Origin: Raillietiella orientalis | Taxonomy: Eukaryota | Direction: 5' to 3' | Assembly: GCA_036172245.1 (NCBI GenBank) | Contig: JAYWIR010000026.1 | Location: forward strand, 2,108,001 to 2,172,000 | Length of the DNA: 64,000 nt | Shown: piece by piece, positions 27,810-38,900 of the stretch | How the letters are laid out: the number at the start of each line of letters is the position of its first letter | Numbering within the stretch: the first letter of the stretch is position 1 | Notes under the pieces: model-generated | What the model was told of the DNA's origin: nothing | The model's database searches: none | Seen by the model: only the letters and a program-made list of their open reading frames with translations | Made by a program: the position numbers and the translations under genes

Positions 27810-30800
27810 TCAACGGCGAACAACCACGTTCCAGTCGCTTCCATCATCTTGCTGCTGCTTGCGGTCCTGTTCTTTTTTCCCGCTCCAATCTTTATCCCTG
27901 TAAGGAGGGAGCATCAGGTGGCGAAACCCGGGGGGTCGCAAAAAAAAAAAGGGGGAAGAAAGGAGGGACCATGCCATCACCTGTTCTCGTTGTCATCATT
28001 ATCCCTATTTCGCCAATTGAGTTCATTACTTCGGGCCGGATTCCTGAGTAAATGAAAACTCTCTTCAAGTCCGCACCGACCCCGAATTCCACCCCTTACC
28101 TGTAAGTATCAAAGTTGCGTCGCCCCTGATCCTCCGTCCTAGGGAGAGAGAAAACATGGGAACCATTCCACGCTGAACTTTTCAGTCCGCTTACCGGAAT
28201 TTTCCTTCAGATCGCAAACCATCACGGGTGAGTGGTTCTCGCGGCCGATCCTTCGAGTCTTTGGACCGTAAGGATCCCAAGTCCTTGTTGAAGTCTCGAT
28301 CCTTGTTGAAGTCTCGATCCTTGTTGAAGTCTCGGTCCTTGTTGAAGTCTCGATCCTTGTTGAAGTCTCGGTCCTTGTTGAAGTCTCGATCCTTGTTGAA
28401 GTCTCGGTCCTTGTTAAAGTCTCGGTCCTTGTTGAAGTCTCGGTCCTTGTTAAAATCTCGATCCTTGTTGAAATCGCGCTGGTAATCATCTCTTGGTCGG
28501 TCGCGGAATCCTGCTGCCCGATCACGACCGAGCGGGCCTTTATCCTTGTCTCCATCTCTTTCTGGGAAGTCCCTGCCACCTTCGCGTCCTTCGGGACGAA
28601 ACCACTGCTTCTCCTTCTCTTCTGCACGTTTTCTCCAGTTGCCTGAAAGCAGTAATAATAAACCGAAAAAATTCTTTCTGTACATACTCGACTGCTGATT
28701 CGGTTTCCAGGGTTCAGTTGGCTTCCTCCCTTTATCTTCGAGGTTCCGCAAGTCAGAACTTTGAGCCTTGAGCTTCTCCTCGATTTCTCGCTCCCGACGC
28801 TGCTGAATTTCTGCTTGTTCCTCCAATTTCCTTAAACGTTCGCGTTCTGCTTGAGCTTGTTGTTCTTTCAATCTCTTGGCCTCTTCCTCTAGCTTCCGCT
28901 GTCTTTCTTCTTCTTTGTTCTTCAGCCACTCTTTCCTCCGCGCCTCTTTTCGCATGGCTTTGCGCTCGCGTAGGCGTGCGGTCTTTGCAGATAAGAACGT
29001 TTTCTCAAATTCCTCCATTTCCGCTTCGAACTTCTGTTGCCGACTAAGCTCGATGCGTTCCAGGAATTCCTGCCGGTCACTCCAGATGCGTTTTAGCCTC
29101 AAGTGATTCTGAAGGGCAATTTCGTGTTTTTGACGGAGCTCTTCGATTCTCTCTTTCTCCTGTTGCTCCCAAAGCTCGCGATTTTTCATTTTCTTCTCGT
29201 CTGCTTCCTTTCGCAAGAGGGGCAATTCTTCCAGACGCTTGGCGCGCTCCAAGTGATCTACCTTCTTGAACTGGGCTTTCAGCTTCTGCTGATGCTCTTG
29301 GCGCTCCCGTTTGAGTTCTTCCATTTGTTTTTGCATGATGGCATCAGCATCCAATTTATACAATTCCTGCTCGTCCATCTTGGCAATAATTTTCTGGCCA
29401 ATGGCTGTCTGCGACAACTGTTCCAGGCGATCTTTCATGTAGCGCATGTTTATTTCGCGTTTTTCATCTTCCCTTCGCCGATGCTCTCGTTCCTCTGCTT
29501 CTCGCTGAAGCCTCATTTGCTCAGCTTCGTGATGCCTTTGCAACTGTTCCTCCTGAACTCTACGTTCCTCTTCTTCCCTCATGCTAGTAATGTTTTCTAA
29601 CATCTCCTTATGGATCTCAATCATACGTGGCCTCTCCAAGATATTCACGCGGTCCCGGTCTTTGTGTTCCTCATATGCTTTGTATAGCGCAAAACGTAAA
29701 TCCTGACGCAATAACCTCGGTTCTACAAGGGATACTGCCTGATGCAGTACTTTATGCATAGTCATCAACTGGGTTCGTAGCTGCTCGCTAGGCATCGTTT
29801 GTACTGTACATCCCTCGGGGAGATCTTCGCGCTGGGCTTCTGACAAGTCTGTGCCGAAATGCAGGCATCCAGCACGATGATCAATCCGCACTTGCATATC
29901 ATTGTGCCTAGCCAAATCCACAATAATCTTCTCCAATCGAAACGAATTAGCAAAGCAGGCCAATTCAAGCAATCTGGATATTTGGACTGTTTCATATACT
30001 TGGGCCACTTGTTTGACCAGGCGGACCAGTGCCATATCTTGCAAGGCTGGCACATACTGTACTAAATGGCGTGTATTTTCACTGGTCTGCAAAAACTGGA
30101 GACTCTGATTGACTAGCTGACAAATCCGCAGTGGATGAAACTCTACTTCCAGCAAAGAATGCAATACACGTAACTCTGGAGGCACATATTGCAGAATGTT
30201 CAGCCTAACCAAATCCCGGACCAAGCCTTGACGAGTAGGAGGGCATGATGACATGCCTAGCAACTGTGCCAATCGTTGAACTTTGTCTACTGCATTTCTC
30301 TCCGTTTCAATAAATCTGTCGAACTCTGGATGTGCTGATGGAAGAGGTACAGACAGAGTGGCTACTAATACTTGAGATGCCATCCTAATAAAACATAAAA
30401 ACTGACACCACATGATAAATTTACCTTTGGATCTCTGCTGGACTTAAATTCTTCTTTTGTTCTCTAGATAGCAAGAAAATTTTGAAGAGAGCTGCTGCAT
30501 GGTAAAGGAAATTGTTGGCTTTCCAAAAAACCAATGATAACTTGTGGTAGTAATTTGCCATCATTTGTGGCTTCGATTTGGCTTTCGACATGTTCATAAG
30601 CCCATGTACGTCCTCAGTGGCCTTGTAAGCTTCTTGCCATAACTCCATTTGAATGGCTGTCTCTAATTGTGCCAACCTTGTCTCCATATTCATTTGCAGA
30701 CTTTCAGGGTTGTTCAAACTGATTACTGTGGGTGTTGTAGTGTTCTGTTGCTTGGCATAAATCATCTGCAGATGCAAGCGCAAGTTCTCACACAACTTGC

Positions 30801-33800
30801 GAAATTCGGTCTTCCTGCCATATTTAAGGCAAAATTTAAAACCCTATTGGTGTGTCAGAACTTCCCTCATTGTGAACAACCTACCTGCTGCGCTATTTCA
30901 TGATATAAACGTTCCACCCGTGCATTAGTACGCAGTAACTCTAAGCACTGGCGGTATGATTCCCACAGGAATTTGACCCAAGGTGTTAAAATAGCTCTGT
31001 CTGTCCTATCTTGGGTATCTTCTCCACTGACAGCACTATCAAACCGTTAGGACTATTGTTTACGCACGATATTCTCACCTCAAAAGAAGCTGTTCTGGAG
31101 TAGTCAAGTTGTCCAGGTCATCGATATCAATGACAGCTTGATGGGATTGTTCTCGTGCATTCTCCGTCCTCTCCTCTGCCTGCTCCAAATACTTACGAAC
31201 TACTGTTTCTAGGGAGGCCACATTAACCTATTAAAAGGTAAGCCGACTGACTAAAATAGCCCCAAACTCACCGATTGGCAGATATTCCGATACTGAAAAA
31301 GTCCTTCCTTTGCTATGTGTGACTTTTTCAACTCAACACACAAATCCAGGTATTTGAGCATAATAGGTTCCAGGACTTTTTCAGAAACATTGCTGTTTCT
31401 GCTCCTCTTATTCTTGATGACATCATAAAGCGTATCTAGAGCTCTTGTTGGTTTACCAACTTCAATGAATTCTGCAAAGCAAATACGGTACATTGATGCT
31501 AACCATACAGACAGGAAGCAAAACGTTTTATGTAGGGCTGTAGTTTGAACTGTGAAGGTGTAGCATATAAATGCTATACAACAATTGAAGTAGCAAGCAC
31601 TACATACTTGACAAGTAATACACAGGCAATGTTACCACATAAAATTCAAGCACTTATGTCCTCAAACCAATTTGAATTGTAAAACTTTTAAACACAACAT
31701 GCACTGCAACTACCTGAATTCAAATAGTACAGCTGTAAAATAATAAATTTACTGCTATCTTGAAAATAGAAATGTAGCAACAGAAAACTGCAATCAACAG
31801 AAAACAGACAAGGTCATTCTTGTCCAAAAAGGAAACTGCAAATGCTTGTTGTACTCTCTCATTGTCACTAATTATGTGGAATTGTCTACCTAATAACAAA
31901 TATAAAGCTTCAGGACTTGAAATGATGCATTACAAATCAATTAGGGTTAGTTAAACTAGTTTTCCACATTGCTTTCAGTTCCTTGATTGATGAACTTCCG
32001 CCATGATTGAATAATGATGGAAACCAGTTCAAATGTATCACAGCTTTTCACAGACTTCTGCTGTAAAAAAGTTAGGGAATAGAAACATTTCTGAACACAA
32101 ACAGAAAAAATCCAAGATGCCACCAAATAATTCCCAATACTTCAAAATAACACTGGCCTATGTGAAAAACAAAACAGGCAGTACAAGGTTTTTTCCAAAT
32201 TCAAATGGCAATCTATGTAACAGCTGTTATTTATGGAGCAAGTTTTACAACTCAAATTAACTAAAACAGTGGATTTTAAAGTGCCTTAAAGACAATGAAA
32301 TAACATGCTTCTGCAAATAACTAGATTTAGAACTGACTTATAACGAAACACCATTACTTGCATGCTCCCAAAACATGTAATATGGAAAGTATGTACAAAA
32401 GACATGAAAATTCAAAACTGTTCTAGTGAATACATCGATCCAAAGCAAAGGGTACTCTTTTACTGAGGGAAAAGGAGTGCTCAATGAAACAAATCTCGCA
32501 ACAGATTTGCAAATTATCATGTAGTGCATAAGTATAAAAGTTTATTTGTGAAGTTTAAAGTTCTTTCAACATTTCCAATGTAGCAGAAAGCTCATTTTTA
32601 AACTCTATGCATATGCATACTACATATATAATTGCTTCAAACAAAGCATTTTAAACTTGAAGCGATACATGAAATTTACCTCACAAAAAATCAATTTCTG
32701 TGAAACTGAATCACAACTGAATTACCTGTTTGTCAATCAAACCAAACGGAACTCTTTATCAGTGCTGTCAGAATTCGAAAACTCCAATCTGAATGTCAAT
32801 TCAAGATCTTTATCTAAGACAAAATGTAACAGTATGAAACTCAGTTTCCATTTGTGAAGGTTCATACTTGAAAACCTCAGGTGTGATTTGGTTTTTTTTT
32901 TTTTTTTTTTTACACCAAAGCCAGGCAAATCTTTCAACAATATTAGTGAAATGCATCTGACATAAAGATTAGCTTCAAACAGTAAAAGCTTCTGCAAAAA
33001 ACAAATCAAGAATGCAAGTCATCCTGTTTATTAATACTTCTGTGGGTCATGAAGTCTGACAACGGTCACATTTATCGAATTTCAAATTATACTGCAGTGT
33101 AGTGCCTTGGATATTAACATACCAAAATTTCGGATTCATTTTAAAGCCTTCATGCAATAAAAAAAATCAAATTGTACTCAATGTATCAATTTTTTCTTAC
33201 TCTTTTATTGAGGTTACCACATTTCCAGCTTGCAGTTAACTTGACCCAAATATCAAACATGTAATTGACCCAATGGCCAATTACATATTTGGATATTTGT
33301 TTATTGTGCCACTTAGAGGAGACAAGACTGTTCTAAAGCACACATAATCCAAAAACTTATCTAAAATTTTTACAAACGACAGTGATTTCCGAGGAAGGGC
33401 TTTCTTTTTTATGACTTTCTCCAAGGGTTGGTGAAAATCATAACATATAAAGTGCACACAACATTTGATCAAAATTGCATTTCCACCATGCATGGAGCGA
33501 AGACATTAAATTAATAACGCTGATACTAAATAAGATTACTGTGCAGATACTGTTAATAAACCGGTACTTCTTTAAATTTGTATTTATAGTCACACACGTA
33601 GTTACATCTGACGGCACCTTGCCTCTTAAAGGTGCCACGTTATCGAAGCTCATATGAAACATGCGATTACTGATTAATGATTACTATATCCCCTTAGGAC
33701 CATGTACATACACGTATATTTTAGCTAATGACCCCGTTCATAAATGCTTCTCACAGAAGATGTCACCATTTCGTTTTTCCTTTTTTATTTATGGAATGCA

Positions 33801-34163
33801 AATTATCGGAACGGAGATAAAAGACTCTAAAATGAAGTGACGCAAATCTCGACTATAATGCAATTTAAATACTTTCCGTTCTTCCATCGTTCTCGGAGAA
33901 AAACACACGATTTTACAAAAAATAAGCGCCCACATCATACCACTCCCCTTATAATTCTACCCTTAGGAGACATACAGACTGTGAGGACACGCTACAGAAA
34001 ACTTCGTGTCATGTAACAGTATCTGTACAGAATAACAATGGTATTGTCTTAATAATACATGAGATGAACTTAGAAGATCTGGAAGTAAAATATAAAACAA
34101 ATGTGCATGCAAACCTGTAGCTCGCTTCAATGCATTGTCCGGTCTTTGATAATACCGAGCCAT
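27810..34163 (-). CDS. EIF3A: Eukaryotic translation initiation factor 3 subunit A, 1100 aa
   Basis: Exons 34163-34115, 31471-31272, 31227-31079, 31035-30885, 30843-30425, 30384-28688, 28642-28195, 28138-28100, 28043-27981, 27897-27810 (3303 nt). [79 protein letters not shown] domain, coiled coil, C-terminus [12 protein letters not shown]. Confidence 0.98.
28281..28478 (-). repeat. 18-bp x 11 coding minisatellite encoding (RDFNKD)n in eIF3a
   Basis: Eleven consecutive units, consensus RTCCTTGTTGAAGTCTCG on the + strand; all differences are synonymous. Confidence 0.97.
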
Positions 34164-35199
34164 TGCAATATTTCAAAGAACCTTGAAACATGTGGCACCT
34201 CAACCGCAAAACCAGACCATACTTCCTGCGTACGAAGATTGCGGAATTTCCTCACACTTCTGCAGGAGTGCCAGGTATGAGCGATTTGCAGCATTAAATT
34301 ATTCTGTATACATATTGCATTAAGGTGCTTGCACTATGGTTACGATTTGAAGTCTAACTTCGATTGGATTTCAGACAACGAAATAAGGAAGCTTGGTTCA
34401 CGAACAAAAAATGAATCTTTAGATCTGAAAATTCCGGTTGTTTGTATGCATTTTCTTCCTTATGAAGAAACAAGAATGTATCGAAGAACTCTCGAAAGAT
34501 ACCAAGAGGTAAGCAAAAGTAAATGGCTACTTCGGACAGCGAGTGACGACATTTCCATTATTTTTATCACCACTCATTCTCCGTAGGTTACCACATATTT
34601 CATGTAAATGTTGAACTTCGTGAAAAGTAATGGTGGAGTCTATGGTTCTGTTTGCTACATTGAGTTGTGCAGTTTTTGCTATTTCAAAATCCACTCCTGA
34701 TGTTTGTGTGTACACCTGTGTTTACAGTGAATCGTCTTTGTAATCTAAAAGAAATGTTCATTTTTGACAAATGTGTATTTTATTCAATTCATAAATGTAA
34801 AAATTAGTTTGGGCATCCAGCTACGAAGGCTAATAAAATGACACTCTCATGATTTTTTCACAATCAGGTGCGTCCTTGCTATATAGAGGCTCTCCATCTG
34901 CTGGTAAGGAATCGAACAGAGTTTTTACAAAATAAAGCTATACTGTGAAGCTTTTTGAATAACCTTTTTTTTTTTTATTCTATGACTCCATGAGAGAGGA
35001 AACTTAAAACTTCCTTTGGAAGGAATGTATAGGGATACGCGATTCAGAATAGATGCTCGGTGAGAAAACTAGTGCTTTCTACATCATTGATATATGTTAT
35101 AATACCGTTTGTATTTGCTGGGGAATCTAGAAGATCAATCTCCTAACGCAGAAAATTTTCTTAATCGTCACTTCTGTTCCCTATAACATTTTCCATCTA

Positions 35200-36750
35200 A
35201 CGAATTGTGCAAGTCGAGTCTCGAAGATGAAGTAGAAAACCCACTAAGGCAGCTGCAGTCAGCAATTACCGGTAACATTCTTCCTGAAAAAAGATCACAT
35301 CTCATCCTTCTCCATAACCAGGAGCATGAAGATTATTTAAAACACACTTGGATGGTAGTTTTCTCCTGACCTATCTTCGTAGACAATTCTGATAATGACT
35401 TCCTTGCGAAAGATCGAAGTCAGCGAATCTTGTCTTTCTGGACCATTCCGCCATATTGTCGAATTGATGAAACAGATTGAAGGTACTCATCGGTACAATC
35501 TGTTCAATTCCAAGAAAAATGAATCGATTCTTAGGAAAGTGGACACTCACAGCATCTCTCTACCTCTCCTCTTGAAAAGTTCAAGAGATCCTGAATGAAT
35601 TTGTCACATCTGCTTTTTCCGAGACGTCGGGGGAACCAAAGCTCCCACATGAAACTTGGGCAGCGCTACAGCAGGGCTCGTTACAAGTGAAACGAAGCGA
35701 GTGCGGGATGTTTTGAGCAGATTCTCGGCCGTAGAGAACCAAGGTCTCCAGGACTTGATTTTCTCCAAGAGATAAGCAGCATTCTTCTGATCAAAGGATA
35801 GCATGCATTCTCCTTCCCCTCCTATAAATAGTCTCTTGGAGAATTCCTTTCCCCTTTCTGGTTCGATGTATAGGTTCACTGGTGGAACCTTGTCCAGCTC
35901 TGGCTTCGTCAGAGCCACTACGAAGATACGACAATGGACGCTCCTCATCAATGACCAAAAAAGGGAGAGTCGGAAGGACCCGAGTGGCATCGCTGACTGC
36001 TTCATCATCCCCCCTCTACAAGAAAAGAGTCTCTGGACACTCATCGAGGAGCACGCCTGTAGATCTGCAGGAGAACCTAGCTGTAAAGAGCACTTAGATG
36101 GTTGCGTTCCTGGCTCCTGCTGATCTGAAGATTTTCCAGACGTTCCAATAGGAGCACCAGGATTCAGAACTCTTGGCTGAATACTGAGGACTCCTCGGAT
36201 CCGCTGTTTCTGCTTCTTACGAACATCCCGCTTAACGGGCGCTCGTGGGTCGAACAGAGGCAAGTGGTGCAAACGGAGCTACAAGTCACCGCTCCCCAAT
36301 CGGAGCCTCCTCTGCCCCAGAGGGGCGCTCATCGGCGGCGTCCGCGGACAGGCACTCCAAGGCTGAGCAGCAGGAGGACGACATCCTCCCGGGGTGATAA
36401 GTGAAGGTCTCCGGCGAGGTCCCAGAGATCGAGGGGATTCTGCAGCAGCATCAGCATCAATTAGCCAAGAGGAGGTCATCATCTGCAGGACGTGGGTGTT
36501 TGCTGCGGCGAAGACGAACCAGTTGGGAGCGTGGAGGAAGGAGACACCCTGGGAATGCGTTGGTCGAGTCACATCTGCCCACTGGCGAGGAGGGGATCGT
36601 TGATGCTTTCGTGGTCCTCCTGGACGCTGTTGCCTTTATCGCCGACAGCGGCGGGACGACCTGCCACCCATGCCAAGTGATGGGAGAACTCTGTGTGGTT
36701 GCCATCTGTATTGCGACATGGACCCTCCGCGAGGGGGCAGCCGCCAGGGC
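35200..36750 (-). mobile_element. Decayed L1/Tx1-like ORF2 (APE endonuclease to RT N-terminus)
   Basis: PAAVGDKGN (GDFN-like), WADVTRPTHSQGVSF (DVWR..HP...F), then ELDKVPPVNLY and EKIKSWRPW (K.WRPI), in the expected order. Confidence 0.5.
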
Positions 36751-36929
36751 CCCCGCCGCAGTCCGGCCGCCACCCAAACGAAAGGAAACCCACGCCGAGG
36801 AAGGCAGAAAGGAAGGACAGATGAGAAGATGGTGGAAGGGACTTCCCGTTCCCATGACGACCATTTCCGGTGCTCCCGTGGTTCCGACCGGCGAGGATCT
36901 CGCGGTTCCCGGAACCGTGTCAGCAACGG

Positions 36930-37695
36930 TTACGCCTTTTTGCGGAACGTCCACAGGAATCTGGAAAGAGGGAGGGAGGGGATGATCAGTGCCGGACAGG
37001 GTAGACGGCGAAGGGAAGGGGAAGTAGCTGTCCCGGGCGAGAGGAGGGCAAGCGAGCGCGAGTTCCCCTGCCTCTTTCAAGAGCTCATCTCCTCCCCCCC
37101 CGGATCCGGCATCCTTCCAAGGGCACGCAGTTACCTGCTGAGCATCCTGGAGAGGAGGACAAGACCCGCACGCTCGCTGACGGCGGCGAGGCGCACGGGA
37201 GCGCGGCTTCCGGAGGAGCCGAGCGCAGCCACTATCCACTCCACGAGCCGGAGGACCAGGGTCACGATGAACTCGGGGTAGGATATGCCGAAAAGGAACC
37301 TCAGCAACACGAACAGTAGGTACAAGAACGTCCAGGAGAACAAATAGGTCAAGGGGCACCTGGAAACGAACCTCAGAATGCCCGGAAGGAGGGAGAGGAA
37401 GGGCGAAAGCCTTCCCGGCTACTCACGCCGGTGAGGTGGCAGCGGTGGCGGTGACCGTTGTTTCCTCGGGCCGGGTGGAGACCGCAGTGGCGTTTTCGAC
37501 GGAAGCGTTGGTCGACAAGGCCGGACCGGGACCGCCACCCGGAAAGATCCCTCCTTGCGGGCCGGCCGTGCTGGAGGTGGCCGTGGCAGCGGCGGTGACC
37601 GTGGTGACCTTCAGTGGCTTGGTGGTCTCGCTGACGAGGACTTGAGAGAACTCTATCCCCCTTGCTCCCGGTCCGGCGCAAGCTGCAAACAGCAT
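36930..37695 (-). CDS. Putative mucin-like membrane protein (~174 aa; true 5' end uncertain)
   Basis: Exons 37695-37427 (GC|gtgagt), 37359-37135 (tttccag|..AG|gtaact) and 36960-36930 (ctttccag|..TAA), all phase 2. Thr/Ala/Ser-rich region with NAS and NAT sequons, then hydrophobic LTYLFSWTFLYLLFVLLRFLFGI and FIVTLVLRLVEWIVAAL. Confidence 0.55.
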
Positions 37696-37899
37696 ACATC
37701 AAGCAGGGAGGAACGCCATTGCTTCCTGGATTACCAGGGCGGGGAGGCCCTCCCTCCTTGCCGGAGAGGGCAGCGTCTATCGGCAAGAATTGGAGCGGGC
37801 GCGAGGCGTTCCCGAAGGCGAATTGTGGCTTGCCCGCTCCGCACTCGTGGCGATGGCGGCATGAACAGCCTCTCTCGCTTGCCTTTCTCCTGCCCCCCT

Positions 37900-38900
37900 C
37901 CCATTCCCGTCCGCGGAGGGGCGCGAGAGCTGCTGTCTCTTCAAAGCAGGGTCCACCGCACCTGGCGCGTGCCTTCCGAGTGGGCGCTGTCTCCCAGGAA
38001 ACGGAGGTCGCGCTTTCGAGAATTCTGCGCCTCTGGTCAATGCCCCGTGGGTGTCCGCCCAGCACCCTCCTCGAGCAGCGCTCGCCGAGGCACTGATGAG
38101 GTCGCCACGTTCGCCTTCGGTCATCCAGCTCCCAACTCACCGGCGGTCTGCGATAGGCATCCCGAAGCATTTCTCGTCCTAGAAGCGCCACCCCCTTCTC
38201 CCGAAGGGCGACCTTCCGCAGGAGCGTCAGATGCTTCGCCACCTCTTCGGCGGTACCGACCGCCTCTGCTTTTCCGGGAAGGCGACGCTGCCCCTGTGCA
38301 GATGACCCCCTCCTACTCTGCTCTGCTGGTACGCGCGCTGGAAAGGTCGAGCTGCCGCCAAACGCGCCGGCTGTTGAGGACAGCGCAGGATCGCGACGGG
38401 CTGCGCGAGCGAAGAAGGGCGAAGAGAAGGACCGGACATCGGCAGGCAGTGCCAGCCTCTTTCCCAGCACGGGCAGCTCCACAGACGGATGGTCTCCGCA
38501 GAGATGCTCACGGAGAAGAAGGGGCCGATCCACCTTACGAAGAAGGGGAGGAGTAGAGAAAGCCATGGAGGCCCTGGGGGGTCTCTCGGGGGCCGAGCGG
38601 TGGATCTTGACGAGCCGAGGAACGTTCCGAGAAAGGGAGGAGCGGATGGCCATCCAGGAAAGGGAGGGATTCCTCCTTTGCAAGAACCTGCTCTGGTGCC
38701 TTACTGAGAGGAAAAGGAGGTGGGGTGAGGCGGGATACCTCGCAGGGAGTCCGGCAAGCGTTCGCCTAACAAAAGGGAGGAGGGGGAGCTGCCCCAGCCT
38801 GAGGAGATTCCCTCCACAATTTCCGTGCTGCGGAGGTTCCACGGCTGTCACTGGGTCCCGACTCGGAGAGGCGGGAACTCTCGGTATGGGCTCCGGGGAC
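37900..38900 (-). mobile_element. Decayed L1/Tx1-like RT and post-RT region
   Basis: Ordered remnants: RTLAGLPAR..HQSRFLQRR (ILA..LA.RL..Q.GF..GR), PFFVRWI..ERGW..LAQPVAILR (FI.WI..RG.RQG..EPLA.LR), VSWETAPTRKARARCGG (ISW.TL..PK..GG). Confidence 0.55.

Noticed and set aside
28281..28478. CRISPR-like array
   Set aside because: Contiguous 18-bp units with no spacers, inside a eukaryotic coding exon.
31472..34114. Intronic snoRNA in eIF3a intron 1
   Set aside because: I could not identify a convincing C/D or H/ACA architecture by eye; an Rfam scan would be needed.
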